Made by a program: the position numbers and the translations under genes. A stretch of DNA of 63,973 nt, filler included, from Stramenopiles sp. TOSAG23-2 (Eukaryota): NCBI GenBank assembly GCA_900128395.1. It is 5 parts of 5 records of this genome, joined end to end, with 100 filler letters (N's around TTAATTAATTAA, not from the genome) between each part and the next. Parts side by side here need not be neighbours in the genome. Positions count along the whole stretch, not along the records: positions 1 to 29,407 come from LT649389.1; 4 more parts are not named here. One strand, 5' to 3'. Of the stretch, positions 11,669 to 23,600 are shown piece after piece (within the stretch, counting starts at the first letter, position 1; every line of letters starts with the position of its first letter). The notes under the pieces were generated by a model. The model ran no database searches and was not told the DNA's origin. It saw only the letters and a list, made by a program, of their open reading frames with translations.

Positions 11669-12355
11669 ATGTTCAGTCGTATTTCATTACGATTTTCACC
11701 CTTCTTGAAAACAAGAAATAATGCAAGAGCTTTTCTTGCCAATTCTGATAGCGCTGCTGCTAGAAAAAGAGGACCAACACCAGCGAAACCAAGACTTGTG
11801 ATTGAAAAGGCAAAGCCAGAGGAAAAAGCCAAAATTGATGGCGCGCTGATTGATCGTGTCGTAAATACCACGGTAAAAGACATATCATATGGCAACCCAG
11901 CATTATGGATTCAAGAGAATGATAGGTTATCTGTTTGTGCAAAACAACTATACTTAAAACGCATTGGCGCTTTAATGGTTAAAAACGAAGAAGGTGCCGT
12001 GACTGGTATTATTTCAGAACGAGATGCTGTGAAAGCTATTGCCAATAGCGACAATGAACCAGGCATACAAACAGTTGCTGATTTTATGACTCCAGTGGAA
12101 AAACTTGTCTGCGTAACGGAAGATTTCGGTATAGGCGCATGTATGGATTTAATGAGAGAAAATACAATACGTCATCTTCCAGTTGTGAAAAGTGATGAAA
12201 ATGCAATTGTCAGTGAACAAGATTTTCTTGGCGTTATCTCAATTAAAGATTTATTGCTTGTTATGACGGAGAAAAAAATCTTGCCTGTCCTTGAGTGGTT
12301 AAATGAGGAACGTCATAAACATGAAATTGAGGAACGATCTGGCTATTCTGAATAA
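11669..12355 (+). CDS. CBS-domain pair protein, probably mitochondrial (CBSX3-like)
   Basis: IGALMV..GIISERD, VADFMTP, IRHLPVV..GVISIKDL; R/S/F-rich N-terminal presequence. Confidence 0.85.
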   Translation: MFSRISLRFSPFLKTRNNARAFLANSDSAAARKRGPTPAKPRLVIEKAKPEEKAKIDGALIDRVVNTTVKDISYGNPALWIQENDRLSVCAKQLYLKRIGALMVKNEEGAVTGIISERDAVKAIANSDNEPGIQTVADFMTPVEKLVCVTEDFGIGACMDLMRENTIRHLPVVKSDENAIVSEQDFLGVISIKDLLLVMTEKKILPVLEWLNEERHKHEIEERSGYSE

Positions 12356-12864
12356 ATTTGGTCGTCCTCTAGATCGTTCGATCGATCCGTCCTGATACTA
12401 CATTCAAAAGTATTTATATTTTAAAATATACTAGTGAAAATTCACATTTGAAAAATATGTTTTTTGAGACATGGATATCATATATAATATTATAAAAAAA
12501 ACATATTATAAAATTAGGATACAATTAAATATAATAAGCATAAAAATATAAAAAAAAAATATGAATACGCGTGTATTGATAAAAGTATTTTTATTTTAAA
12601 TAACATACGTGCAAGTCTTATATATTATACAATCAGAATAAACTCACTCAAGTACAATTTGTATATACTAAGTATAATTTACTTCTATCAAAAAAACGTA
12701 AAAAATCACGGCGGAAGAAAAAAAACTAATAAAATTTCAACAAAACAAATGTCCAAATCTCACAAAACTATAAAAAAATATCCTCATGTACTGCGGTATA
12801 TATACAAATCTGTATACATACAAATCTGAATACCATCGTCTCTTTCAACGGCAATTAAATAAAT

Positions 12865-13434
12865 ATGAAGTGGAATGAATATTTAGCAATTGTTATCTCA
12901 GTAGCGAGTGTTGTCTCGTCCGGATTTTATACGTATACATATGTTAATTTACAGAAAACAGAATTTTTTAACCGAATACATTCTGAATATTCAACGCAAG
13001 ATATGCAAGATGCATTTGATAATTTAGAAAGCTTTCGAGATTTACATAAAGATAATTATGCAAATAAATTCATTGAATTAAAACGATTGGTTAGAAAAAA
13101 TTTAGCAGATAAAAAAGTAGCATCTTCAACATTTAAATTAGGTCGACAACTTGATATATCGCGTCGTAAAATAACACATTGGTATGGTAAAATTGTTATG
13201 TTTGTTGAATTAGGGTATTTACGACATGAAAATATATTAATGTTTCCAGGCAAAACACGAGCAAAACATGCATTATCATTATTAATACCCATTACAACTA
13301 AACTGGCAGAAAACAGTAGTCCAGAATCAACAACGGAACATGAAAAAATTATAAATGGTGTAAAACAATTATTTGGTATTATTGAGGATAATAAAAGCAA
13401 TAGTAAGAATAAGAAGACTAAAAATGAATTGTAG
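12865..13434 (+). CDS. Hypothetical protein with N-terminal transmembrane anchor
   Basis: 189-aa ORF with coding-like composition, a hydrophobic segment at residues 7-25 and C-terminal KNEL. Confidence 0.65.
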   Translation: MKWNEYLAIVISVASVVSSGFYTYTYVNLQKTEFFNRIHSEYSTQDMQDAFDNLESFRDLHKDNYANKFIELKRLVRKNLADKKVASSTFKLGRQLDISRRKITHWYGKIVMFVELGYLRHENILMFPGKTRAKHALSLLIPITTKLAENSSPESTTEHEKIINGVKQLFGIIEDNKSNSKNKKTKNEL

Positions 13435-13556
13435 AGTGTAAAAAATTGTGTGTTATAGTGTGTGAAATATTATAATATATATAAAAAAATATATAATTTT
13501 TATAATATTAAAATAAATATTTGAAAAAAAATTAAATGTACACAACATTTTTCTCT

Positions 13557-14803
13557 CTACAATTTAGCAGAACTACTACTACTCGTATTATCATTTCCAC
13601 TTAATGTTTTTAATACACTCCATGCTAAATGTCCTAATTGTGGTGTCATCTTTCCTACTTCTTCAGCACGTGCACTTGATGCCTGACCAGCGGCAAAACG
13701 AGCTGCAATACCTTGAATAATAACGCCAGTTTTCCACCAATAAAATCCTAAATAATAATTTTTATATGGATCTGGATAACTTACACCTTTCCGATGAGCA
13801 AAATAATGTTGTAACAATTCTTCTGGTAATGGTAATCCTAATGATTTGAAGTCAAGATGACTTAAACCAGCAAATCCACCTTCCTTTTCTGGTTTTGGCG
13901 CAAAAAAGGGTGATACAGTATTTGCTAAATCAGCTCCATAATGACCAATAGTACTCATTTCCCAATCAATAATAGCTAATATTTTAGGCAATGTCGGATG
14001 AAAGATAACATTATCCATTTTAAAATCACCAGTTATAACACATGCAGATTCAGGCGGCATATTAGATGTTAATACTTTTGCTGCATCATCAAAGTGTGGT
14101 ATTTTTGGTACTGTATCTGCTACTGCTAATTGTGCATCGTTTATACCAGAGAATGTTTTCACTTGTCTACTAAAGTAGCCAGATTCACGTCCAAATGTAT
14201 CCAATCCAACTTCTTTATACTAAATATATATATATATATATGTATAAGTGTGTGGGTGTGGGTGTTTATGGATGTTAGATATTTATTAGAAATAATAATT
14301 AATTATTATACTAGAAATATAGTCGAATTGAAACTTACATTCACATTATGCAATCTTGCCATTGTTGCCATTGCTTCATACCAATATGCTGCTCTTTCTT
14401 CTTTTGGTACTTCAGGTAATAAAACATTTTGAAATACTCTTCCTTTAACAAATTCCATAATATAAAATGGCTTGCCAATAATATCATTATTATCACAATA
14501 ACAATATGTTTTAGGTACTGGTGCGTCTGTTTGTGCAAGCGCACTCATAACTCTATATTCCCTATCGACCCTATGTGCAGTCTTTGATACTAATTTGCCA
14601 GGTGGTTGTTTACGTAATACATATTGTTGCCCATTACTATCCGTCAATAGAAATGTTGGGTTTGATTGTCCAAATCCAAATTGTTTGATACCTATTGGTC
14701 CAGAGAAACCAGGTATTTCTTTCATTAAATACGAAGTCAATTTATCTACATCCATATCATGGCCTTTACGTATTTCCGTGACATCTGTACTTGTATCTGT
14801 CAT
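13557..14803 (-). CDS. Aminoglycoside phosphotransferase family protein (stand-alone ACAD10/11 kinase-like domain); 2 exons, intron 14220-14338
   Basis: QFGFGQSNPTF, YVLRKQPPG, AHRVDREYRV, GDFKMDN, IIDWEMSTIG. A phase-0 GTAAGT...TTTAG intron restores HNVN|YKEVGLDTFG. Protein ends in AKL. Confidence 0.92.
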
Positions 14804-14970
14804 TCTTTTTACAAAATAAATTATATCTTGATTTCACAATTAACTTGTTTGCTAATTACTGATACGAACTTTTTATATATATCTTTCAATTTGTTCTGCG
14901 TTATAGCACTAAGATCGATGTATAAAATACTGTATGATTTGTAAACACAAAAGAATATATATATGTGTGG

Positions 14971-15189
14971 ATGGTTCGACGTAAAAACCCAGCAGAGCCG
15001 GATCCGCTCTCGCCAGCACACGTGGAGAGGAGAAATATTAGCACTAACACAGCAGCTGAAGAAAAAAAGTACGCGAAAACCGACCAGCTCATTTTATTTA
15101 TTGTTGCTATATTTATTATTACAACAAGAATAATAATTATACTTGTGGTAGAAAATACCTGGTATAAATATGAATCGCCAACAGGATAA
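14971..15189 (+). CDS. Possible small single-pass membrane protein
   Basis: GC-richer ORF in an AT-rich divergent intergenic region, with a hydrophilic N-terminus then LILFIVAIFIITTRIIIILVV. No homology recognised. Confidence 0.25.
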   Translation: MVRRKNPAEPDPLSPAHVERRNISTNTAAEEKKYAKTDQLILFIVAIFIITTRIIIILVVENTWYKYESPTG

Positions 15190-15376
15190 ATATAGGTGTG
15201 ATGGGATAAACTAGATATAGGTAAAGTGAAAGATATATGATATATATATATATAGGTGTGATTGAAAGATATATATAGTTAGTAAAAAGGGAAAATAGAA
15301 AGTGAAATTTATATATACGCAAATTGAATAAAAATTACAATTATTTAACAATATATTATCAAGTAAAAAATAAAAC

Positions 15377-17326
15377 ATGTCAGAACAACAACAAGAAGAA
15401 GAGATGAGAATAGTCAATATATGCCTGGTTGGTGCTGGGAGAATGGGACGTATACGTGCACCATTATTATATTCAAACCCAACTGCAAGTTTTTCAGTCG
15501 TTGATTTATCAGAAAAGTTAGGAAATGCATTGGCAAAAAAGTATCATTCAAGGTATTACAAATCATTAAAAGATGCATTTAAAGTTGAAACCGATTGTAC
15601 TGCAGTATGGATATCCACACCAACGTTTACGCATGAAAAAGTTATTGTTGAAACATTAAAAAATGACAATATTAAATATATATTTACGGAAAAACCTGTT
15701 GGTGAAAATGCAGAGAAAATTATACATCTATTTAATTTATGTAACGAAAAGAATGTAAAATTATGTTGTGGATTTCAAAGACGGTTTGATAAAAGTTATG
15801 TCGATTTAAAACGTGCCGTACAAATGGGTAAAATTGGTGATGTACAAATGGTACGTGTATTTTTTGCTGATCATCCAGTACCACCAATTGAATTTTTAAA
15901 AGCTGGTGGTGGTGACCCTTTCACAGATTTAGCTCCACATGATATTGATTTTGTACGATGGGTGTTAGATGATGAAGCTGTAGAAGTATATGGCACTGGC
16001 TCATCATCGTTAGAGGAATTGAAAGAAGTTGGTGTAATGGATAATGCAACGATGTTATGTAAATTTTCAAAAGGTACGGTATGTACTATTATGATGTCAA
16101 GATCATCTTCATATGGTTATGATCAACGTTGTGAATTCTTTGGCACAAAAGGATTATTGAAAGTGGAAAATCAATTTGAATCATCATGTGCGTTAAATGA
16201 TGTAAACGGTATTAAAAATACTGTCTACAAATATTCCTTTCCACAACGTTTTCATGAAGCATTTAATAGTGAAGTAAATTCATTTATAAACGTTTGTTTA
16301 TTTAATGAGGTATGGCCTATTACAATGAATGATTGTGTACAAGCACAAAATATTGCCATAGGTGCTTTAAAATCATGTGAACGTGGTACCATGTTACAAT
16401 TAAATTCCAGTGAGAAAAATATGGATAACAAGAAGAAGATCTATGTTCGACAAATTGGATCCGGGACGTTTGGTACGTATATGCATGCTTTATTGGTACA
16501 TGAAGATGTGAAAAACAATAGTTATATCAAGTTACCACCATATTCAAGATCAAAAAGTAGTTATTTGGATTGGCAAGATGATATTTTGAATAATCCAAAT
16601 ACAGATGCATATTATATTTGTACACCTGATGATTTGCATGAAAGTCAAACAATTGAATGTTTGAAGCAAGGAAAACATGTCTTATGTGAAAAACCAATTA
16701 AACCAAATTTCACATCCGTAAAAAATGCATGTGAATATTTTTCCAAAGAAATGAATAAAGAATTAATTGTTATGGTTGGATTCCATCGTAGATTTGATTC
16801 AGAATATATAAAGGCTAAAGAATATCTTGAAAATTGGAATAATAATGGTGAAAACTTGATAACAGATGTGTTAATTGAATCATATGATCCTGTTCCTCCA
16901 GATACAGATCTTACTTTTGTTATACATAATTCCATGTGTCATGATATTGATTTATTATATTTTTTGTATGGTGCCGATGCAGATGTAGATATAAAGATCG
17001 TAAAAGTTGAAAACAAAAAGGAATCATATATGATAGTTGCAGGTACGATAAATGAAAATATACAATTTACTATTAAATACAAAAAAGTACACCCTACTTA
17101 TGTTCAACAAATTACGTTTAACAATGAAAAAAAGTTTGGGTATGATTATAATGGCACACCATGCTGTGATGTATATGCAAATGCATATAAGAAACAATGG
17201 AACACATTTATTGATGCTATACGAAATATTAATGTAGAAGCAAATCGTGAAAGACTTTTTGGTTATTCTAAAACATTTGATAGTGTGGAAACTGTTGCAA
17301 AATTATTATCAGTTGAGTGTTTATAA
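15377..17326 (+). CDS. myo-inositol 2-dehydrogenase-like (Gfo/Idh/MocA) protein with two tandem modules
   Basis: Module 1 has GAGRMG, STPTFTH, EKP, GFQRRFD, HDID, YGYDQRCEFFG. Module 2 has GSGTFG, CTPDDLH, GKHVLCEKP, GFHRRFD, HDID. Confidence 0.9.
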   Translation: MSEQQQEEEMRIVNICLVGAGRMGRIRAPLLYSNPTASFSVVDLSEKLGNALAKKYHSRYYKSLKDAFKVETDCTAVWISTPTFTHEKVIVETLKNDNIKYIFTEKPVGENAEKIIHLFNLCNEKNVKLCCGFQRRFDKSYVDLKRAVQMGKIGDVQMVRVFFADHPVPPIEFLKAGGGDPFTDLAPHDIDFVRWVLDDEAVEVYGTGSSSLEELKEVGVMDNATMLCKFSKGTVCTIMMSRSSSYGYDQRCEFFGTKGLLKVENQFESSCALNDVNGIKNTVYKYSFPQRFHEAFNSEVNSFINVCLFNEVWPITMNDCVQAQNIAIGALKSCERGTMLQLNSSEKNMDNKKKIYVRQIGSGTFGTYMHALLVHEDVKNNSYIKLPPYSRSKSSYLDWQDDILNNPNTDAYYICTPDDLHESQTIECLKQGKHVLCEKPIKPNFTSVKNACEYFSKEMNKELIVMVGFHRRFDSEYIKAKEYLENWNNNGENLITDVLIESYDPVPPDTDLTFVIHNSMCHDIDLLYFLYGADADVDIKIVKVENKKESYMIVAGTINENIQFTIKYKKVHPTYVQQITFNNEKKFGYDYNGTPCCDVYANAYKKQWNTFIDAIRNINVEANRERLFGYSKTFDSVETVAKLLSVECL

Positions 17327-17604
17327 AAAAAAACATTTCTTCGGTGTGTGAACGGTACATATTTACGTATAATAATGTGATGTTTCGTGCGTAATATTTA
17401 CAAAGTAAATGAAATATAACAAGAAGCGTATCATATGCATAATATACGATATATTTATTTGATTTGAGTGTTTATAAAAAAAAACATTTCTTCGGTGTGT
17501 GAACGGTACATATTTACGTACTGTATAAATGTGATGTTTCGTGCGTAAATATTTAAATGAAAAATATACAAGAAGCGTACATCATATGCATAATATACGA
17601 TATT
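17313..17604. repeat. Imperfect tandem duplication, unit about 150 bp
   Basis: ttgagtgtttataaaaaaaaacatttcttcggtgtgtgaacgg... appears twice, with small indels between the copies. Confidence 0.8.
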
Positions 17605-17689
17605 TAATTCGTATTTTTGATTTTTGAAATATTTTAAAAATATGTGTACACGTATACTTCGTATATCATTTCTAGAAAGAATTTATATT

Positions 17690-17938
17690 TACTTTATTAT
17701 ACCCCCCAAAAAAAACCTATTTTTTTACAATTTTCGATTTAAGATTTAAACTAAAACTCTTACGAGTATTTAATCATCCTTCTCTTGGTATTTTTTTTCT
17801 CTCTTTATTGCATTTACTTTATTATACCCCCCAAAAAAAACCTATTTTTTTACAATTTTCGATTTAAGATTTAAACTAAAACTCTTACGAGTATTTAATC
17901 ATCCTTCTCTTGGTATTTTTTTTCTCTCTTTATTGCAT
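17690..17938. repeat. Tandem duplication (about 125 bp) covering the 3' end of the F-box/TPR gene
   Basis: tactttattataccccccaaaaaaaacc...ctctttattgcat appears twice. Confidence 0.85.
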
Positions 17939-20072
17939 CTATGACTTCCATATCAGGCATATAACCTTTTGCTTGAGCTGTTTTACCTAAATCTTCCATA
18001 AATGAACGATGTGCCTCTCTATCCTCCTTACTCAATTGCTTCTTTTTCTTAAATGGTGGTGGTATTTTTATATTTTTATTCTGTGGAGAAATACTTTTAT
18101 CATCACTTTTTGTTGTATTTTTTATATCTGCAGCTTCATCAAATTCAGCACGTTGTTTATCGCTATATGTGAAAATAGCATCCCTATCCATCAAGTTGTG
18201 TTCATTGTTTATATCCATTTTACGTTGAAAGGTATTCGTCATGGCTTCATATTGTCTTGCAGTCTTATCAATCGCCTGACTGCGCTTCTTTTTTAATTCT
18301 ATCAAACTTCTTTTAATAGCTTTTAGTTCCTTTGGTAAACGGGTTGAACGTTTTGCCTTTATAAAAAATTCTTTCGCCTTCTTAAAGTTTTCATACTTCA
18401 TTTCCAGTAACCCTAATCTCCATAAAGATTTTGTATGATTTGGCGCATATACAGTGGCCAAAGATAAAATTCGAAAGGTTTCCTCGTACTCATCCTCCCA
18501 AATTTTACACTTTGACAGATCCTTGTACTGTTTTAAGCAACATTGACCAGCATTCGATAATAGTTGCGCAATCACATTATGTAATTCGATAGTGCCTGCA
18601 CATAATGGTGGAACACTACGATGTGCAAGATGTTCAAGCTCCGTACCAGTTTCTGCACTATCTGCTAAATATTCCGTACTCCCGTATGTAAGCAACCCTG
18701 CTCTATCTATAGAATTGTTGATAAGTGTACCGAAATTATCATACAACTCCGTATACTTAGTCATGTACATTCCTTTTACACAATCAAAATCTTCAGTTGT
18801 TTTTGCACTTACATAAAGTTCCTTGATCTCGTTTTTCGCTTTTAATGATGTCAAAACTAACTCTTTGTAATAAGCCCCGGACAGAGCAATTATACGATCT
18901 AACATAGATATTGCAGTAATTAATTTGACATTCTGTACAGAAATGCTATTATGTTCATAGCTTGGTTCCGGTTCAATCAATGCAGCTATACCTTTCACAG
19001 TATCTTCTAAAATTTCGTCTTCATCATCTGTGTGTTTTAATGATGGTATTTTACATAACGCTCTTGGTAAATCATTTGAGATTAAATTATAAAAAAACTT
19101 GCAAGTAGTGCCCAACATTCGTATTGAATAAATATCATATTTAAAAAAATATTCATCTAGTAAATAAATCCATGTTGTATCTGGGATATCATTTATGGTC
19201 ACTTTGTTTGCACTTTGTATAGAAGAAGTGAGAACTAATGTTGGTGCAGCTCTATCTTGCAAAAATATATTTTGGACAATTCTGGACAGCGTTTCAAGTT
19301 GAAATTTATACGCAAATTGATATTGCATTAAAGCTATATGTGTGTTATGCCCACTTATTTTTCGATGGAAATTATGGCCAACGAGATACATTTCAAAAGG
19401 CTTTAACCTTATTTTCTTGCTTGTGTCGTCTGGCATCAACGAACAGAGGACTTCAATATTGATTCTATGTTCTGTGTTCTTTCTATGTGGATGAATATAT
19501 TTATATAGTTTGGCTAGAGTTACGAATCGATGATCATGATAAGGTTGACACTTGTCTGTCCAGGATTTGAATGCTGTAACAAGATCTGGAGAGCGCTGTA
19601 GCCAATAGACAGAAAACTTGGCGACATTTGTTAAATGCTCTGTGGCCATTGTTATTTCTTTTTTACTTTCTCGTCTAGCTTTAGCTCTTTCTCTACGAGG
19701 ATGTTCTAAATCTAAAAAATCATTTATTTCGTACACTAAAATTATTACATTACTAAAATTAGTATAGAATTGACTGTGTACATCTGTTGGGTTATGTTTT
19801 TTTTCATAAAATTTAGATTCTATCATTTGAAGCATCGTTGATTCCACGTGCATAAGAAAGTTTATGCATATAGAAAAAGCTGTGTCGTCGATTATAAATA
19901 CAATTTCATGTGTTTCCAATGCTTTGTATATATCAAGTTTATATGGCACACCAGTCTCACTTAAATGTGGTCTTTTCTCTACGTCAACAATTCTTGGAAA
20001 ATTTGTATTTTCTATTAATTTCGCTTTAATATGTTCGGTACCTGCCTGTCCAAGGGTTCCAGGTTCAAACAT
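17895..20072 (-). CDS. Hypothetical protein with internal F-box-like motif and C-terminal TPR
   Basis: 725-aa ORF. INDIPDTTWIYLL...LGTTCKFFYNLI is F-box-like; APNHTKSLWRLGLLEMKYENFKKAKEFFIKA is TPR-like. Confidence 0.65.
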   Translation of the reverse strand: MFEPGTLGQAGTEHIKAKLIENTNFPRIVDVEKRPHLSETGVPYKLDIYKALETHEIVFIIDDTAFSICINFLMHVESTMLQMIESKFYEKKHNPTDVHSQFYTNFSNVIILVYEINDFLDLEHPRRERAKARRESKKEITMATEHLTNVAKFSVYWLQRSPDLVTAFKSWTDKCQPYHDHRFVTLAKLYKYIHPHRKNTEHRINIEVLCSLMPDDTSKKIRLKPFEMYLVGHNFHRKISGHNTHIALMQYQFAYKFQLETLSRIVQNIFLQDRAAPTLVLTSSIQSANKVTINDIPDTTWIYLLDEYFFKYDIYSIRMLGTTCKFFYNLISNDLPRALCKIPSLKHTDDEDEILEDTVKGIAALIEPEPSYEHNSISVQNVKLITAISMLDRIIALSGAYYKELVLTSLKAKNEIKELYVSAKTTEDFDCVKGMYMTKYTELYDNFGTLINNSIDRAGLLTYGSTEYLADSAETGTELEHLAHRSVPPLCAGTIELHNVIAQLLSNAGQCCLKQYKDLSKCKIWEDEYEETFRILSLATVYAPNHTKSLWRLGLLEMKYENFKKAKEFFIKAKRSTRLPKELKAIKRSLIELKKKRSQAIDKTARQYEAMTNTFQRKMDINNEHNLMDRDAIFTYSDKQRAEFDEAADIKNTTKSDDKSISPQNKNIKIPPPFKKKKQLSKEDREAHRSFMEDLGKTAQAKGYMPDMEVIDAIKREKKYQEKDD

Positions 20073-20663
20073 TTTGTTTTCTGGTGTTCAAGATTGGTTT
20101 TCCATATACATACATTATACATAAAACGTGTAATATAATATGATATGTATGAAATGGTTTCCATGATTTTCTTTTTCTTTTCAACATTTCAATTTATTTC
20201 AAAAGAACAACAAAAGATATTCATTTAACATAAATTCAATAAAATAATAAAGTTGTTGCCAAAAGCAAGCGAAAAGTAAATCTAAAAAAAATCTACTTAC
20301 TACTATACCAGGTCCAACTAGCAATACCAGGTAGAATAAAAAAACATAAAGTAAAAAATGAGGCTTCAGAGAAATAGCATTGAATAGCACCTGTAATAGT
20401 CAGAAGTCTAACTAAATTAATTACTGTGCAAGGAGGCATACTGGCATATACTATATTTATACTGGCATCAGATAACACTACATGTAGTACTATATAATAA
20501 AAATACTGTAATTTATCGATATACCCAAAAAAAAACAACAACAACAAAGAACACAAACGCAACATGGAATGGATTTTTTGCGATTGTCTAATAACAACAA
20601 CATCCTCTCTTAATTGCATTAATAAAAATACTTATACGTGTGTATCATAAAATAAATATTATA

Positions 20664-23600
20664 ATGGGGTGTAAATATACTACTTTGCAGCGATCAGCGA
20701 AAAGAAGGAATCCAAATATTATAGAATTAGAGGATTACAATCGCGATAATAACACGAACGAGGCGAAATTACCAGATGCCATGGTTAAGCAACGTACTAG
20801 TGACTATGTGTATTGTAATTCTTTATCACCCGTTGAAAATGAATTTAGACTGAGAAAAACTTATGTTCCAAATCGAATTATTAGTCGACACTTGAAGCAC
20901 TTAGTAGAAGAGGAAGAAAAAAGTATTCAACAAAAGGATTCATTAAATAGTAGCGAAGAAAATAAACAGAATGGTGAAAAAAGTGATAGATTCGACATGT
21001 CTGAATTCTTAAATATGTCAAACAATTTACCTTGGGCAGAAGAATACGAAGCTGCAGTGTTGTTTGCAGATATAAGTGGATTTTCGCAATTAGCTGAAAG
21101 TTTAAAAAGAGAATTAAAATGCTCTTTGAATGCAGCTGAAGATTTGTCGTTTTATATTGAGAAATGTTTAGATCAAATGGTACAAGTAATAGTTGGAAAT
21201 GGTGGAGATGTCATAAAATTTGCAGGCGATGCTTGCCTTGCTGTATTTGACGCAAAATATTTTCAAGATTCTCTTCCCAAAGCAACGCTTGGAGCGTCAT
21301 TAGCAGCGTTGGAGTTGACAAAATTGGATTTAAAAGCAGCCGGTCAAAAGTTGAAAATACATTGTGGTATTGGTACGGGGCAACTTGTTGGATTTCATGT
21401 AGGTGGTGTTATGAATAGATATGAATATGTCGTTACCGGAAAACCAATTAATGAAATGAGTCATGCTGCAAATGAATCTTCTGCCGGGGAAGTTGTAATC
21501 TCTAATTCATCGTATCGACAATTAAAATTATCCATACCAAAAGCAATACGTCGAAAGTCTGTTAATAGAAGTCCACATTCATCCGGTCTATCTTCATCAA
21601 CGGTTACTGATTCATCTTCGAAAATGACAGGATCGTTCTCTAGTTTTGGTCGAAACAGTAATAATTCAAATAGTTCTGTAACTTCGTCATGGTCAGCAAA
21701 GGTGTTAAGAAAAAAAAGTTCCGGGAATCATCATTATGAAAATGCTTCAAAACGTAGTAATGACAGTCAATGGTTGGAACCAATTGAAACAGCTGCATTA
21801 TCAAGTGGTAATTACATGTTAACCAGAATTTCTTTCTCTGGCACAACTGCATCTGAGTATTACGATGACAATTTATTGAATGAGGAAACTTGTCAGCTTT
21901 TATTATCTTCTTTAAATGCATATATTCCAAGACCAGCTTTAAGTGTCATTTTAAGTGGTTCGTCCAATCGTATAGCCAGTTTTCAAGTTTGTACAACAAT
22001 GTTTCTGAAGCTGAAAGGTTTAAAATTTCATCGTGGAGTTGACTATTTGAATAAATTGCAATTGATATTTAGTAATATACAAGAAATTTTGCAAAAATAT
22101 GATGGTACTGTCTGTAGATTTATTGTCGACGACAAAGGGTCATATGTATTGGCCGCATTCGGTTTGCCGCCTTGTAGAAAAAGAAACATCCCAAAACGTG
22201 CTGTATTTGCAGCAATGGAAATCCAAAGGTCAATATCGAAAATGTATAATATCCAGTTGCAGATAGGTTTGACAACTGGGAAAGTGTTTTGTGGCACTGT
22301 CGGTGGGGCAATTAGAAATGAATATACAATGCATGGCTCTTTGGTCAACTTAGCTGCAAGGCTGATGGGGAAAGCTACGCAGGGCATATTGGTCTGCGAT
22401 CATACACGTAATTTAACTAAAACTGCTGTGTTTTACGAGCAGGCAATTGTAATAAAAGTGAAAGGATTCAACAATCCAATTAGTGTCTTTAATCCGATCA
22501 AACCACAAAACTCGTTGGTACAAAAAAATAGTAAAACGGGATCTCCATATAGTATTGCGCAGGATGATGAAATTCCTATAATTGGTAGAGACAATATTTT
22601 GCAATTTTTGGATCGTCGTGTAAGAAATTTTGCAAATGGGCAGCAAAATAATATAGTATTTATCAATGGTGGTCATGGTATGGGTAAAACATGTCTTTGC
22701 CAATATTTATTTACGTCAGCTGAACCGTATTCTATTGATGTTTGGCTAGCTTCTGGTCAAGAATTTCAAACAAAACAAAATTTTGAACCATGGAAAAAAA
22801 TTATTCTTCAAGCATTAGAACTTGACGACAATAAAGTTAATAATGCTAATTTTAATAAAAATCTTGACGAGAAATTGCAGTTTTTAAAAGGCACGCCGGA
22901 TATGGAATACATATATGAAATTTTTCCAGAACTTACTCCTGCTACGGCTATTAAAAAGAAAGTTGTACTTTTAGAAAACGAAAATGTTTTAAATGGCGAA
23001 ACCACAACAGATTTATTGCATGGATTAGCTAAGGTGGAGAAAATAGGGGGAATCATTTTAAAAATATTTAATTCACGAAATAGCAAAAAGAGTAAACCAA
23101 GAAACTATCAAGGACATACAATAATAATATTTGAAGATGTGCATTGGATAAGCGAAGTTGCGTTGGAAGTACTAAATTATATAACATCGCAAAGCATCCA
23201 ATACATGGGAGTTATTTCAAGTTTAACAGAAGATGATCTAAATGATGAATTTGGTGACGAGTCTAGCAATCGATATTACGGTATGGATGGAAATATTGAC
23301 GATGATGACACCATTTTAATTGAAGAATCTTCTGCGATATATTTACATGCCCTCGTGAAAAAAGATATTGTCGATTTATGTAAGCAAATATTGGACGTCC
23401 GGTTTTTAGCCACATCATTTGTAAATGAAGTCTGTTCAAAAGGTCAAGGCAATCCATTGTTCACGTTAGAAATAGTCAGAATGATGAGAGATCAGGGACA
23501 ATTAGTTATTGGGGATGATTCGTGTGCAAGGTTAGAAGCAAGTGTGGTGGCAAAGGCAAATGAGGCTATCCCAGATATTATTGTTGCGTTGGTATTAAAT

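Noticed and set aside
20070..20105. Upstream in-frame ATG followed by TGA (MENQS*TPENKM) as possible selenocysteine or readthrough
   Set aside because: No redox motif context and no SECIS recognised. A short uORF or a base error is more likely.
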